Positions 10,059 to 19,816 of a stretch of DNA of 64,000 bases are shown here, in pieces (the stretch's first letter is position 1; every line of letters starts with the position of its first letter). Source of the DNA: Bdellovibrionota bacterium (lineage in GTDB: Bacteria; Bdellovibrionota_C; UBA2361; CALJRW01); assembly GCA_041740355.1 (NCBI GenBank), contig JBGSMD010000009.1, positions 32,001-96,000 of the forward strand, written 5' to 3'. Made by a program: the position numbers and the translations under genes. The notes under the pieces were generated by a model. That model made no database searches and was not told the DNA's origin. It saw only the letters and a list, made by a program, of their open reading frames with translations.

Positions 10059-11012
10059 ATGGATACACTTATACATTCCCCGATTAAGCCAGCTGAATTG
10101 CTCAAAGATTTAGGTCACTTTCTAACTTCAGGGACGATAGAGCCAATACGCTCGGCGAGAGCTTGGGTAAAATTGGAAAGATTTATTCTGACGGGAGATG
10201 TTGCCGATACCCTCGTGGCAGGAATAATAGATCTTGCTAAGCTAACTCCAAGCTTTAGATCGGCCCTAGCTCTAAATCATCAAAATGGACGACTCTCCAT
10301 AGGTGACTTAATCCATAAGACCCCTTATGACAGCTTAGCAGACAAACTAGAACAAATAGATCCTAATGAACAAGCAACTAAGAAACAGCAAATTAAAACT
10401 GTCTGCGAAGCTCCCGCAAGATTTTCTAAGATTGACCTTAGTGGATCTGACTTGAATGGTTTGTATGATAAACTCGTTGATTATGATCTAAAGCTTTCTA
10501 GAATTGAATCACCAGACTTGAAGCCTTTTAGAGAAGATAGTTCAGCATCAGTAAATCTTTTTAAACTTCATCGCGAAATTTGGAAAGAACGTGCCGATGT
10601 TTTGTTAAAATTAGATCAAGCTTGGGAGATCGTTGATCCTGTTGAATTTAAAAAGAGTGTAGAAAATCAAATCTACCATGCATTTGTAAGTTATCAAGGT
10701 TCTACAGGCTATTTGAAACCTAGTTATGAAAACCGATTAGCAGAATTTGTTTCTCATAGCACAAATATCCGAGAAGACTTAAAACCAGGGGCAAATGGAA
10801 GATCAGATCTAGCGACGTTAACCAGAGACTTAATTGCGCAAGGAGATTGGAGACCAGATTATCGCTATCAACCAACTGGCTATCAGTGCGAAAGAGCAGA
10901 ATATCGAGCTCTTTTTCCAGAATTACATTTTAAGACAGAGGATCCAGAACTATATGCAAAGATGGCAGAACGCGCTGCTAAAGCAAGATTAAAATTGATT
11001 GGGGAAAAGTAA
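10059..11012 (+). CDS. Hypothetical protein (helical, no signal peptide)
   Basis: 317-aa ORF with AGGA RBS. Confidence 0.65.
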   Translation: MDTLIHSPIKPAELLKDLGHFLTSGTIEPIRSARAWVKLERFILTGDVADTLVAGIIDLAKLTPSFRSALALNHQNGRLSIGDLIHKTPYDSLADKLEQIDPNEQATKKQQIKTVCEAPARFSKIDLSGSDLNGLYDKLVDYDLKLSRIESPDLKPFREDSSASVNLFKLHREIWKERADVLLKLDQAWEIVDPVEFKKSVENQIYHAFVSYQGSTGYLKPSYENRLAEFVSHSTNIREDLKPGANGRSDLATLTRDLIAQGDWRPDYRYQPTGYQCERAEYRALFPELHFKTEDPELYAKMAERAAKARLKLIGEK

Positions 11013-11033
11013 GTCCCCTAACAAGGTTAGTTT

Positions 11034-11888
11034 TTAGCTTAGCTTTAAGACCATTCTAACTTGGGCAGTGTAGTCATCGCCGGATTCAGCTTTCAGTTCT
11101 AGTCTCCCACGAGCCTTACCCGTCAGAGCAGTAGATTCTCTATATATATTGTAATCAATATTAGCTCGTGTTCCTTGATACCCATAAGCACTTCCATAGT
11201 TTGCTAGTACATCAGGAAAAGTTGGCCTAATAGTTTCGTAGTTTAAATCAATTGTAGATGTTTGAAATCCACTAGTAACGCAGGGAAGTCGTTTTTGAAT
11301 TCTCATTTCACCATAGTCGGCGAATGTGAACTGCTGCACAGTCCGAGTTGCCGCATCACCCCAAGCTCCATTAGTTGTTGCCGTATCTGAAATAGCCATC
11401 ATTCGATAATACCCTTGATTAACCTCCCAACCATCGGTTGGTACTGTTTCACCTCCAGAGTATACAATTCTTTGATTATATCTTGGCTCGATTGTGTAAT
11501 GAAGAAGTAACCAATTACCATCATTACTGCCCCAACTCTTTTGCGTATGTCCTGAGTCTGCTGCTACCAAAGTACTAAAACTTACACCAAATTGGTTAAG
11601 AAAATAATCTAAGGCTAATTGTCTTTGAGCAACCTGTGAGGCAACATTTCGTAACATGATATCAATATCAAAACGATCACCATCAATTTCAGTATTAACC
11701 GTAGGATCAAATGTATTTAAAGCTGGATCGTTAAAAGTATCTTCCGATGACAAAACAAAAAAATTAGTTAATCCCGCTGGTGTCGTCTGATTTCTGGAAG
11801 TATCCACCCCCCCAATACAAGCCTGCGCCATTACATTGATAGAGAATGTCAGCGAAAGACCAAGAAAAACTAAAAACCTGAAAAGCAT
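11034..11888 (-). CDS. Secreted hypothetical protein, paralogous to the C-terminal domain of 14413-18081
   Basis: Signal peptide (..VMA-QA). Aligns by eye over ~250 aa with the C-terminus of the large protein. Confidence 0.75.
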   Translation of the reverse strand: MLFRFLVFLGLSLTFSINVMAQACIGGVDTSRNQTTPAGLTNFFVLSSEDTFNDPALNTFDPTVNTEIDGDRFDIDIMLRNVASQVAQRQLALDYFLNQFGVSFSTLVAADSGHTQKSWGSNDGNWLLLHYTIEPRYNQRIVYSGGETVPTDGWEVNQGYYRMMAISDTATTNGAWGDAATRTVQQFTFADYGEMRIQKRLPCVTSGFQTSTIDLNYETIRPTFPDVLANYGSAYGYQGTRANIDYNIYRESTALTGKARGRLELKAESGDDYTAQVRMVLKLS

Positions 11889-11972
11889 ATTTAAATATCG
11901 GTAGAAAAGGATATAAGCTTTAGATTATAGACGAAATAAAGCGATTCAAAAAGATCTAAAAGTCTTAAAAAG

Positions 11973-13181
11973 CTAGGGATTAAGCTCTCTTAGGTTCGTT
12001 TTCCCATTACATAAAACAGGCCAGTCTAGAACTTCACGAAACTCAGGTTGCAAATAAACTGCCAAGTTAGCCTTAGACCATTCTTCTAGCTCTTGGACGT
12101 TAGCTACACCTTGGTAAAAACAAATAACTCGTTCCCCAAAGCTATCATCAGAAAATTTGAGGCAAGTCAGATGCTGAAATTCAAATTCCTGGCTAATTTT
12201 GCGTTCCAAAAATCCTAATTCAAATTTAAAACCACCGCGATTTACAAATGTTTTTTTTCGGCTAATTGATTTGATTTGAGAATCTGAAATTAACTCCACA
12301 AAGTCATTTGTCGGTATTGTAATTTTATGATCATGCTCTAAGCGCTCAATAATTAATTGCCCAGAATTTTGAAGTGACACATCCTCCTGCTTTTCAATCT
12401 TAAAAGTATATTCAGGTAAACCTTGATAAAAATCTTCGAAAATGTTTTTACAAGCAACTGTTCCGCCAGCCTCGGTTAGGGCATAGGTTAAAACGACTGG
12501 TAGGTTATAGTCTTGGATAATTTTTTCAGAAACTGGGTCTAGTGGCTCACCACCAAGAAAGATAATTTGTGCTGCTTCTAACTTCTGAATCAAATCAAGA
12601 TTACTCTTGTGCCAAAGCCTTAACTGAGTTGGAAATAAAGAGACTACCGTATCTTCAAAACTAAGGGCCTCTTCTAATTCAAACTCAATACTCCCCTGTG
12701 ACTGCCAAGCTCGAAGCAGAAGATTTAAGCCGGCAATTGAAGCAAAGGAAATTGATAGGATGAAATTTGCATTTCCTAATTCAAAGTGATCAACAAATAA
12801 CTTAGCCCGTAAAAACAGATCTTTAAGATTAAATGTCCAAAGCTTTAAATTCTCAGTACCAGAGCTTAAAATTGAAACTCTTGCTTTAAATTCAGGTTGT
12901 GTTTCTTGATCAACATGACGTGGTAGAAAGATTTTCTCAGGTTTAAGTGAGTCGATCCCTTCCAAATCAGATAAATTTGTTATTACTAAATCTAACCTTT
13001 GCTGTGAATTGATTTCGTAAATCTTAGTTACTAATTCCCGCGGATTTAAAAAAATTAAATTTAAATCTTTCTGACCTAAATATTGAATCAATTCAACATA
13101 GGTAAGTGAATTTTCCAGATGAAGTAAAATCGTTTTAACTGGATTGCTGACTAAATATGCTTCTAAATCAATTAGTTTCAA
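11973..13181 (-). CDS. menE: Divergent o-succinylbenzoate-CoA ligase-like AMP-binding protein
   Basis: FLGGE, YALTEAG, T.D, R.K...GG.K, D..FGE, NGK adenylation motifs. Directly downstream of menB. P-loop is degenerate. Confidence 0.7.
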   Translation of the reverse strand: MKLIDLEAYLVSNPVKTILLHLENSLTYVELIQYLGQKDLNLIFLNPRELVTKIYEINSQQRLDLVITNLSDLEGIDSLKPEKIFLPRHVDQETQPEFKARVSILSSGTENLKLWTFNLKDLFLRAKLFVDHFELGNANFILSISFASIAGLNLLLRAWQSQGSIEFELEEALSFEDTVVSLFPTQLRLWHKSNLDLIQKLEAAQIIFLGGEPLDPVSEKIIQDYNLPVVLTYALTEAGGTVACKNIFEDFYQGLPEYTFKIEKQEDVSLQNSGQLIIERLEHDHKITIPTNDFVELISDSQIKSISRKKTFVNRGGFKFELGFLERKISQEFEFQHLTCLKFSDDSFGERVICFYQGVANVQELEEWSKANLAVYLQPEFREVLDWPVLCNGKTNLRELNP

Positions 13182-13194
13182 CGTCTAAAAATGT

Positions 13195-14007
13195 TTAAAA
13201 TTTTGAGAAATCAGGGTTTCGTTTTTGCACGAAAGCATCTCGCCCTTCTTGTGCTTCGGCTGTTTGGTAAAACAACATTGTAGCATTCCCGGCAAGTTCC
13301 TGAATACCAGCTTGTCCATCAAGCTCAGCATTAAATGAAGACTTTAATAATCTTAGTGCAGTTGGGCTATGTTTCACAATATCCTTACACCAATCTAATA
13401 CTTCCTGTTCTAATTCAGCTAAAGGAACAACTTTATTCACTAAGCCCATTTCATAAGCTTCAGCAGCATTGTACTGCCGGCAAAGATACCAAATCTCTCG
13501 AGCTTTTTTCTGACCAACAATTCGAGCTAAGTAGCTTGCCCCAAATCCACCATCAAAAGAACCAACCTTAGGCCCCGTTTGACCAAAAATTGCATTATCC
13601 GCAGCAATGCTTAAATCACAAATCACATGCAAAACATGCCCACCACCAATCGCAAATCCAGCGATCATGGCAATGACTGGCTTTGGGATTGTCCGAATAA
13701 TTCTTTGAAGTTCCAAAACATTTAGAGTTTCTCCACCTTGTTCGGTTCTATATCCAGCATGCCCCCTAATTTTCTGATCTCCTCCTGCACAAAAAGCCAT
13801 ATCACCTGCTCCTGTTAAGATAATAGTTTTTACCGCAGGATTAGACCAACAAGCCATAAAAGCTTCTTGTAATTGGTTTACAGTTTCAGGACGAAAAGCA
13901 TTGCGTCGCTCAGGGCGATTAATTGTAATCTTGGCAACTCCTTGCGGCATTTCACCACCAGAAATTTCAAATAGAATATCCGAGTATTCTTTAACTGAGT
14001 TCCACAT
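13195..14007 (-). CDS. menB: 1,4-dihydroxy-2-naphthoyl-CoA synthase
   Basis: [49 protein letters not shown] at 14007 is preferred because the TTG at 14019 lies inside a repeat. Confidence 0.97.
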   Translation of the reverse strand: MWNSVKEYSDILFEISGGEMPQGVAKITINRPERRNAFRPETVNQLQEAFMACWSNPAVKTIILTGAGDMAFCAGGDQKIRGHAGYRTEQGGETLNVLELQRIIRTIPKPVIAMIAGFAIGGGHVLHVICDLSIAADNAIFGQTGPKVGSFDGGFGASYLARIVGQKKAREIWYLCRQYNAAEAYEMGLVNKVVPLAELEQEVLDWCKDIVKHSPTALRLLKSSFNAELDGQAGIQELAGNATMLFYQTAEAQEGRDAFVQKRNPDFSKF

Positions 14008-14015
14008 AAAATATT

Positions 14016-14320
14016 CCAAAAAATGTACGCGAAGCGTACTAATAAAAACTAATATTTTATCACGCCCCTGCCATTAACAACTTCTAGCAGCATGATAACT
14101 TCTAGCAGGGTGCGGATTGTTTGCATTAGCTTGCGCCTCTGCTCCAAAAAATATACGCGAAGCGTACTAATAAATACTGATATTTTATCACGCCCCTGCC
14201 ATTAACAACTTCTAGCAGCATGATAACTTCTAGCAGGGTGCGGATTGTTTGCATTAGCTTGCGCCTCTGCACCAAAAAATGTACGCGAAGCGTACATAAA
14301 AAACTGGCACTTTATCGCGC
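14016..14320. repeat. 128-bp tandem repeat, ~2.3 copies, followed by a REP-like copy (14323-14355)
   Basis: Units start at 14016, 14144 and 14272 (CCAAAAAAT.TACGCGAAGCGTAC) and are nearly identical. Confidence 0.9.
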
Positions 14321-14412
14321 CAGCTTGTCCTCCGAAGCTTTAGCGAAGGTGGAAGTAAATATCAGCTAAGCTATAAATAATTGCAAGTGAAAGATCTTAA
14401 TGATTTAGAGTA

Positions 14413-17400
14413 CTATGGAAGGACTGTTAAAGTAATATTTGAAATAGCAGTAACTTGATCCGTTATTGAATCCTGACGAATCTCAGTTCTTCCAGTAATT
14501 TCTCCCCCAATTAAGCTAGGATTAGTTGAGTCAATAATATCATATTCAAATAATTGTGGAGTATCTAAAAACTGACCTTGATTCTCTTGGTTAAAATCTG
14601 CCAGACTAGGTTTTTGGCTTTGAAAAGTTACTAATGTGCTTTGATTAAGAACCTGATCAAAATCAATTCCGTCAAAACATTTATAGAATAGATCAAGTTC
14701 ATATTCACCATACTCCAGAACAGTTCCAAAAGGCACAAGCGTTCCAGCGCCACCCCATGCTCCGGTTAAATTAGTGCCACCCAATCCAGTATCATAAGTA
14801 ATTACTTGGTATATACCTGCACGATAAGTCCCAAGTGAGTCATCTAAAAGGTAACCACTAGCGGCGCTAATTTTTGCTCCAAAATCATCATCATAACTTA
14901 TATGTCTTAATAATACCTTCGGCACAGCATTCTCATAGATAAAAATCCCTTCGGGCTCGACAACTCCATCATTGGCAAAATCAAGTCCATACTGACTTAG
15001 AAAGAAATCGTAAGCCGCGTCTCGTTTTTGATCCTTTTGAGTTTGGTTGCGACCCAAATAATCATCAAAATCATCACCACTCGGTAATTGATAAGTTCCA
15101 GGAACAGATGGTGTAAAAGTAGATTCAAAACCAAATGAGTAATAATGAGTCATCCCATGAGGAGCTGGCCAATTAGGAAAGGAAACATTTGTAGAAATAT
15201 TAGAAGTATCACCCAAGTTATTAGGACTAGCTGGCACTGGCGAATTAACGCGATCGTTATTATTAGAATCACTAACTAATTCAGCGGAAATACTTACCAC
15301 AGTTAGATCCGCGGTATCTTGACCACTACAAGAAGTTCCAATCGTGTAAACACCGGAAATTTCATTACCATTAATATTATTTAAGACTACAACGGCACCG
15401 TTACTGAGTGTCACTGTTAGGGTTCCACCAGGAATAACTGCCTCATCATAAACAGCTCTAATTACAATCTGTGAACCTGTACCATAAGATCCATTCGGTG
15501 TCGTAGAATAAAAACTCGTTAACCTTGGAGGAGCATCATCAACACAGATATCTATGGAACGACTGTCAGCAAAACCACTTGCTACAACAGTTGTAATTCC
15601 TCCTACCCCACTTGCCAAAGCTCTTTGAATGACACCATTAGTGTGAACCCAAAAAAGATTATCAGTGTTTTTATTATAAACAATATCTCGCATCTGATCC
15701 CCAGGGGCGGTAAGAGTACGAAGGGTCACTAGATCTGTTCCATCAGTATCAATTTTACGAATCGTTTGCGAGTTGAAATCAACAAAAAAGAGACGATCTC
15801 CAGGAGGATCGATCGTTAAGTTGTAAGCTAAAGCTAAGCCAGTATTAGCAATAGTAGTTAAGGTAATCGGACTACAATTTCCATCAGTTGTAGTTCTAGC
15901 AAGACTTGCTGGAGCATTTAATCCGAAATAAACAAAAAGTCTTCCCGTATTTTTATCAATTTGCATTCCAGTTGGATAATTGAGTCCTGTAGCAATTGCT
16001 ACAGGTGTTCCTGTTCCATCTAAGTTGGCACAAAAAATATTAGCAGTATTTGCTGCCCAATCAGTCCAATAAATTTTGCCTTGGTTTTGATTAATCGTGA
16101 CCTGAAATGGTGGATTTGGAGAATAAAGAGCAGTATTAAAAAGTGTTATTTCTCCAGTTCCGTCAAAATTGGCTCTAGTGATTCTTAAGTTTCCATAAGA
16201 AGCCAAATAGCGATAATTGTTATCAGGATCGATAATCATTTCAAAGTTTTGAGTAAAGGCCGAGGTCGAAGTACTCTGATAAACTCCGGAAATATTATAA
16301 GTGTTAACATCACCACTAGCTAACTCAGTCGTAAATAATCTTTCTTGACCGTCACAAGCATTATTAGTCGGTTCATCATCGGTAATGTTAACAGTTACTT
16401 GTTGCACTCCATTTTCAGTTCCACCACCACTGACGGAGGTAATGTCAGTGATCACACTCTCCGATCCTTCACTAAAAGCATCATCTTGAGCAGTGATTGT
16501 TATGGATCCACTAAGAGAACTAGCAGGTATGGTGATTGAAGTTCCAGAACGAACATAATCTGTCAAATTATTAGCTGATCCACTAAAGCCCAAATTTACT
16601 ATAACTGGAGATGTCCAAATATTACTAAGAGTAGCAGTTAAAGTTGCGATTCCTCCATTTTCGATAATTGTAGCAGCATTCGTGGTTAAAGTTACCGTTG
16701 GTGGAGTTAAACTAACTAAGGTAACAAGTGTGAAATAATCGTCCCCGGTGAAATCAACGTTATTAAAAGTTACGATACCTCCAGAATAGGACGCAGCATT
16801 AATTTGTGTTGCACCTGCTGTAAAATCACTATTGGCTGAATCAACTAACAATCTAAAGTCAGCTGCTGTTGTTCCTGAAACTGGAATTCCATTTAAATTA
16901 AAAGAAATTGAGACCGTTCCCACATCACCAGTTTGATCGACTCTCCAAACTCGATCTGTTCGAGCAAATAGGCCTCCTGGTAAACCTGTATAGATCTCCT
17001 GAATTACACCATTATCATCATTATCATTGCCCCAAAGCAAGGATTCCGTATTCGCCATGGCTGACGCCGTAGACATAGTAACTATAGCATCGGTATTAAC
17101 TGATTTAGATTGCGTTTGATTTAGAGCTGAGTTGGTATCGACCATAATCCCAGCAATATCATTACGATAGGAATTATGGGTTCCTGTAGCATTATAAATA
17201 ACAGTGCCGGCACTGTTGGTATAATTTTGAGCAACTGTTTGGTTTAGTGTTACACCATATTTTACAGCCAAATAAGATTCGATCTTATTTCTATCAGCCG
17301 CAGAGTGAGCCGCGTTGTAATAGGCAATTTCTGCCATATCAACTACGGAATAATCGGTGTTAGCATTGCCTACCTGTACACCTTCATAATTTGTCCTTAA

Positions 17401-18081
17401 CTGGCGAGCTCCAATATTTGATGTTGCATTCACAGATTGAATTTGTCCAACTCCAGTAAGATTTCCATATTGAAAACTGTTTATGTAACAAGCAATCGTA
17501 CCTGCATTAGCCGCCGTGCCATTCATTATAAAACTAATTATGTATGTAGTATTGGGAACTGCAGGAGTATTTGCTCCCTTCCATGGCCATGTCGGAGCGG
17601 TATTAGTTTTAAAAGCTGAACAATAAAGGTTACCGTTAAATAAATATAAGTTAAAACCACTTTGATGATTTCGTTCTTTATAGATTAACTGGCGGGTAGG
17701 ACTAACTACACTACTCCCTGTTCGAAATGTATAGTAAACAGACTTGGTTAAACTATTAACTTGGTTAATGCTTGTATTGCTTGTAATTCCAAAAACATCA
17801 TTAACCCCATCAAAGCGAATGTAGGGGTTAAAGTTCATTGGTGTAAGATTCTTATAGAATGGACGATTAGCCAAAGTTGCTTGGGTTGCACTATTTGTCC
17901 CTCCAAGTGCAGTTGCTTGATCCGTCCAAGTCTGAACTCCAACCCCATCAGTGGTTGTGGAGGTGCCAGCATTCGCCTTTAACCAAAGGGGAAACGTAGC
18001 CGTTACATTCCCTGGCGCTTGAGCTTCCAAGATGTTAGTGAGTAATAACAGAAAAATTATAAAAAACGACTTCTGAGACAT
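14413..18081 (-). CDS. Large secreted multidomain protein (LamG/ConA-like, Calx-beta, YWTD-type beta-propeller, Ig-like, uncharacterised C-terminal domain)
   Basis: Signal peptide; LWLKANAG...IESYLAVKYG; VTL..ENGG..ATLS..DY..ITI; IYWTD; TPNGSYGTGS.I.I...YDEAV. Confidence 0.75.
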   Translation of the reverse strand: MSQKSFFIIFLLLLTNILEAQAPGNVTATFPLWLKANAGTSTTTDGVGVQTWTDQATALGGTNSATQATLANRPFYKNLTPMNFNPYIRFDGVNDVFGITSNTSINQVNSLTKSVYYTFRTGSSVVSPTRQLIYKERNHQSGFNLYLFNGNLYCSAFKTNTAPTWPWKGANTPAVPNTTYIISFIMNGTAANAGTIACYINSFQYGNLTGVGQIQSVNATSNIGARQLRTNYEGVQVGNANTDYSVVDMAEIAYYNAAHSAADRNKIESYLAVKYGVTLNQTVAQNYTNSAGTVIYNATGTHNSYRNDIAGIMVDTNSALNQTQSKSVNTDAIVTMSTASAMANTESLLWGNDNDDNGVIQEIYTGLPGGLFARTDRVWRVDQTGDVGTVSISFNLNGIPVSGTTAADFRLLVDSANSDFTAGATQINAASYSGGIVTFNNVDFTGDDYFTLVTLVSLTPPTVTLTTNAATIIENGGIATLTATLSNIWTSPVIVNLGFSGSANNLTDYVRSGTSITIPASSLSGSITITAQDDAFSEGSESVITDITSVSGGGTENGVQQVTVNITDDEPTNNACDGQERLFTTELASGDVNTYNISGVYQSTSTSAFTQNFEMIIDPDNNYRYLASYGNLRITRANFDGTGEITLFNTALYSPNPPFQVTINQNQGKIYWTDWAANTANIFCANLDGTGTPVAIATGLNYPTGMQIDKNTGRLFVYFGLNAPASLARTTTDGNCSPITLTTIANTGLALAYNLTIDPPGDRLFFVDFNSQTIRKIDTDGTDLVTLRTLTAPGDQMRDIVYNKNTDNLFWVHTNGVIQRALASGVGGITTVVASGFADSRSIDICVDDAPPRLTSFYSTTPNGSYGTGSQIVIRAVYDEAVIPGGTLTVTLSNGAVVVLNNINGNEISGVYTIGTSCSGQDTADLTVVSISAELVSDSNNNDRVNSPVPASPNNLGDTSNISTNVSFPNWPAPHGMTHYYSFGFESTFTPSVPGTYQLPSGDDFDDYLGRNQTQKDQKRDAAYDFFLSQYGLDFANDGVVEPEGIFIYENAVPKVLLRHISYDDDFGAKISAASGYLLDDSLGTYRAGIYQVITYDTGLGGTNLTGAWGGAGTLVPFGTVLEYGEYELDLFYKCFDGIDFDQVLNQSTLVTFQSQKPSLADFNQENQGQFLDTPQLFEYDIIDSTNPSLIGGEITGRTEIRQDSITDQVTAISNITLTVLP

Positions 18082-18199
18082 TATACAGTAATGACTTTCG
18101 ACTTAATTAAAGCAATACTTTAGATTATACACTGTAATCTTAGGTTCTAACAATAAATATTATTTAATAAACTAAATTAGTAAGCTATAATCAATTCAA

Positions 18200-18985
18200 G
18201 TGAACATTACCCTTAAATACATCTTTCCATTACTCCTAGTCTTAAATCTTAGCCTTCTAGCTGAAGATCAGCGAATTGCTACGATCAGTAAAAACAAATC
18301 CTATTTTTGCAAAGAAAACACTAACTCAATTTTGCTTAAGAGCTACACGCCAACTGGACAAGAAAAGAATGTTCAAGAATTAACCAATAAAAAAGCCTTA
18401 ACGCTTCGAAAAAATCTAGTTAAGCAAATTAAAAGCTTAAAGAAAGAATTAAAATCAGAAACTAACAAAAAGAAACTTAAAAAACTTGAACAACAAATAG
18501 CGATTAAACAACTAGTAAGAGATGGTATTAAAAATTGCTTAGAAGCAACGCTAACGTTTGCTTCTGATATCAACTTATCCACAGACCCTCTTCCTGTAGA
18601 CTTGATTTTACCTCCAACATACAACGAAACAAATACTATCACAGGAGCATTTAGTGGAAGCTGTGAGCTAAAAGGTAAACATATCCCAGCCTATCAAGCT
18701 GGCTCAGATCAAGCACTTTTTGCCCCACAAAGTGGTCAGTTGTTTTGTAATTTTACGACTACAGACACTGATTATCAAAGCTTGCTTCTAAAAGTTTTTA
18801 GGCAAGGAAGTCCAAGCGAAATCCTCTTTACAAAAACTATTAATAGAGCAGATATTAAAGAAGACTTAAGTTTTACAGTAGCCCTCTGTCCAGAATTTCC
18901 AGGTTGTTTTAACGCTAACATTATTGCAAAAGCAATATCCGAAGATGGCATTGATATCTCTTTAGAAAAGTACCCAACAGAATAA
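18200..18985 (+). CDS. Secreted hypothetical protein with a Cys-bracketed Lys-rich coiled coil
   Basis: Signal peptide, YFC...Lys-rich helix pair...NC, then a beta-rich domain. Confidence 0.65.
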   Translation: MNITLKYIFPLLLVLNLSLLAEDQRIATISKNKSYFCKENTNSILLKSYTPTGQEKNVQELTNKKALTLRKNLVKQIKSLKKELKSETNKKKLKKLEQQIAIKQLVRDGIKNCLEATLTFASDINLSTDPLPVDLILPPTYNETNTITGAFSGSCELKGKHIPAYQAGSDQALFAPQSGQLFCNFTTTDTDYQSLLLKVFRQGSPSEILFTKTINRADIKEDLSFTVALCPEFPGCFNANIIAKAISEDGIDISLEKYPTE

Positions 18986-18993
18986 ATCACCCG

Positions 18994-19290
18994 ATGACTG
19001 ATATTATTAATTTTCGAGATCAAGTGATCCCTGTTTCCGATGTTCTTTTAAAACAGGTAGAAGATTCCTGTGTTTTACTTAATCTAAAAAACAATAATTA
19101 CTATGGTCTAGACCCTGTTGGGCATCACTGTTATTCTAGACTGATAGAAGCCGATTCAATTCAGGATGCTTTTGAAAGACTAACCAATGAATATCAAGTT
19201 GAGGCCCAAGAGCTAAAAGAAGATTTAATTATATTAATCGAAAGCCTAATTAAAGCTGAAGTAGTCTACTTAAAGCCTAAAGAACGTTAA
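18994..19290 (+). CDS. PqqD-family RiPP recognition element (lasso B1-like)
   Basis: DV..KQVEDSCVLLNL.N.NYYGLD.VG...L..EY.V....L.EDL..LI..L is the typical RRE pattern. Confidence 0.9.
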   Translation: MTDIINFRDQVIPVSDVLLKQVEDSCVLLNLKNNNYYGLDPVGHHCYSRLIEADSIQDAFERLTNEYQVEAQELKEDLIILIESLIKAEVVYLKPKER

Positions 19291-19300
19291 GAATAAGTAC

Positions 19301-19329
19301 TTCTCAATATTTGAGCTTTAGTGTATAAT
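19301..19329 (+). promoter_or_regulatory. Possible sigma70 promoter for the precursor gene
   Basis: TTCTCA-N17-TATAAT. The ATG starts 7 nt after the -10 box, which would give a leaderless transcript. Confidence 0.4.
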
Positions 19330-19335
19330 AAATCC

Positions 19336-19476
19336 ATGGAAGATAAGAAAACCGACGAGTCAAAAAAAGAAAAAAAGACTTATCAAAAACCAAAATTGAT
19401 TAAATATGGTTCGCTCAAAGAACTAACTAAATTTGGTGGCTCAATGGCTGCTGACTTTTTTGGTATGCAAACTTAG
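19336..19476 (+). CDS. Lasso-peptide-type RiPP precursor, 46 aa (absent from the ORF track)
   Basis: MEDKKTDESKKEKKTYQKPKLIKYGSLKELTK-FGGSMAADFFGMQT. Leader has YxxPxL and GxxxxxT with Thr at -2; Asp at core position 8; adjacent to an RRE gene. Confidence 0.85.
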   Translation: MEDKKTDESKKEKKTYQKPKLIKYGSLKELTKFGGSMAADFFGMQT

Positions 19477-19667
19477 TTCTAGCTCTATAAGTTCCTATTT
19501 GTATAACTCAAAATCCCTTCTGACATAAATTCAGGAATAATTAGTTCGATTCAAAATGCGATAATTAGATCAAGCAAATTAATCTTGTTTCTATATTGTG
19601 GTTGTATCTACAATCAATTAAATTTTCAGTATATTTGCCCTTTGGTCAGGTGTCTTTGGACTGTAAT

Positions 19668-19752
19668 AATAGACAGTCCAAAAAATAATTTACGTAAGTA
19701 ATTTTTTGGGGTCTATCTATCCCCCAGAGGGATGATAAAATCATATAATTAT
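19668..19752. mobile_element. MITE-like palindrome copy
   Basis: Reverse complement of 9255-9339, including the CCCTCTGGGGGATAG flank. Confidence 0.65.
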
Positions 19753-19816
19753 TACAAAAAGCAGGTAAATTGATTTTATTTATACGTAATTTATTTTTTG
19801 GAATAACTATAAATCA

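Noticed and set aside
14016-14320. Possible CRISPR array or coding repeat
   Set aside because: Whole 128-bp units are duplicated with no unique spacers, and 128 is not a multiple of 3.
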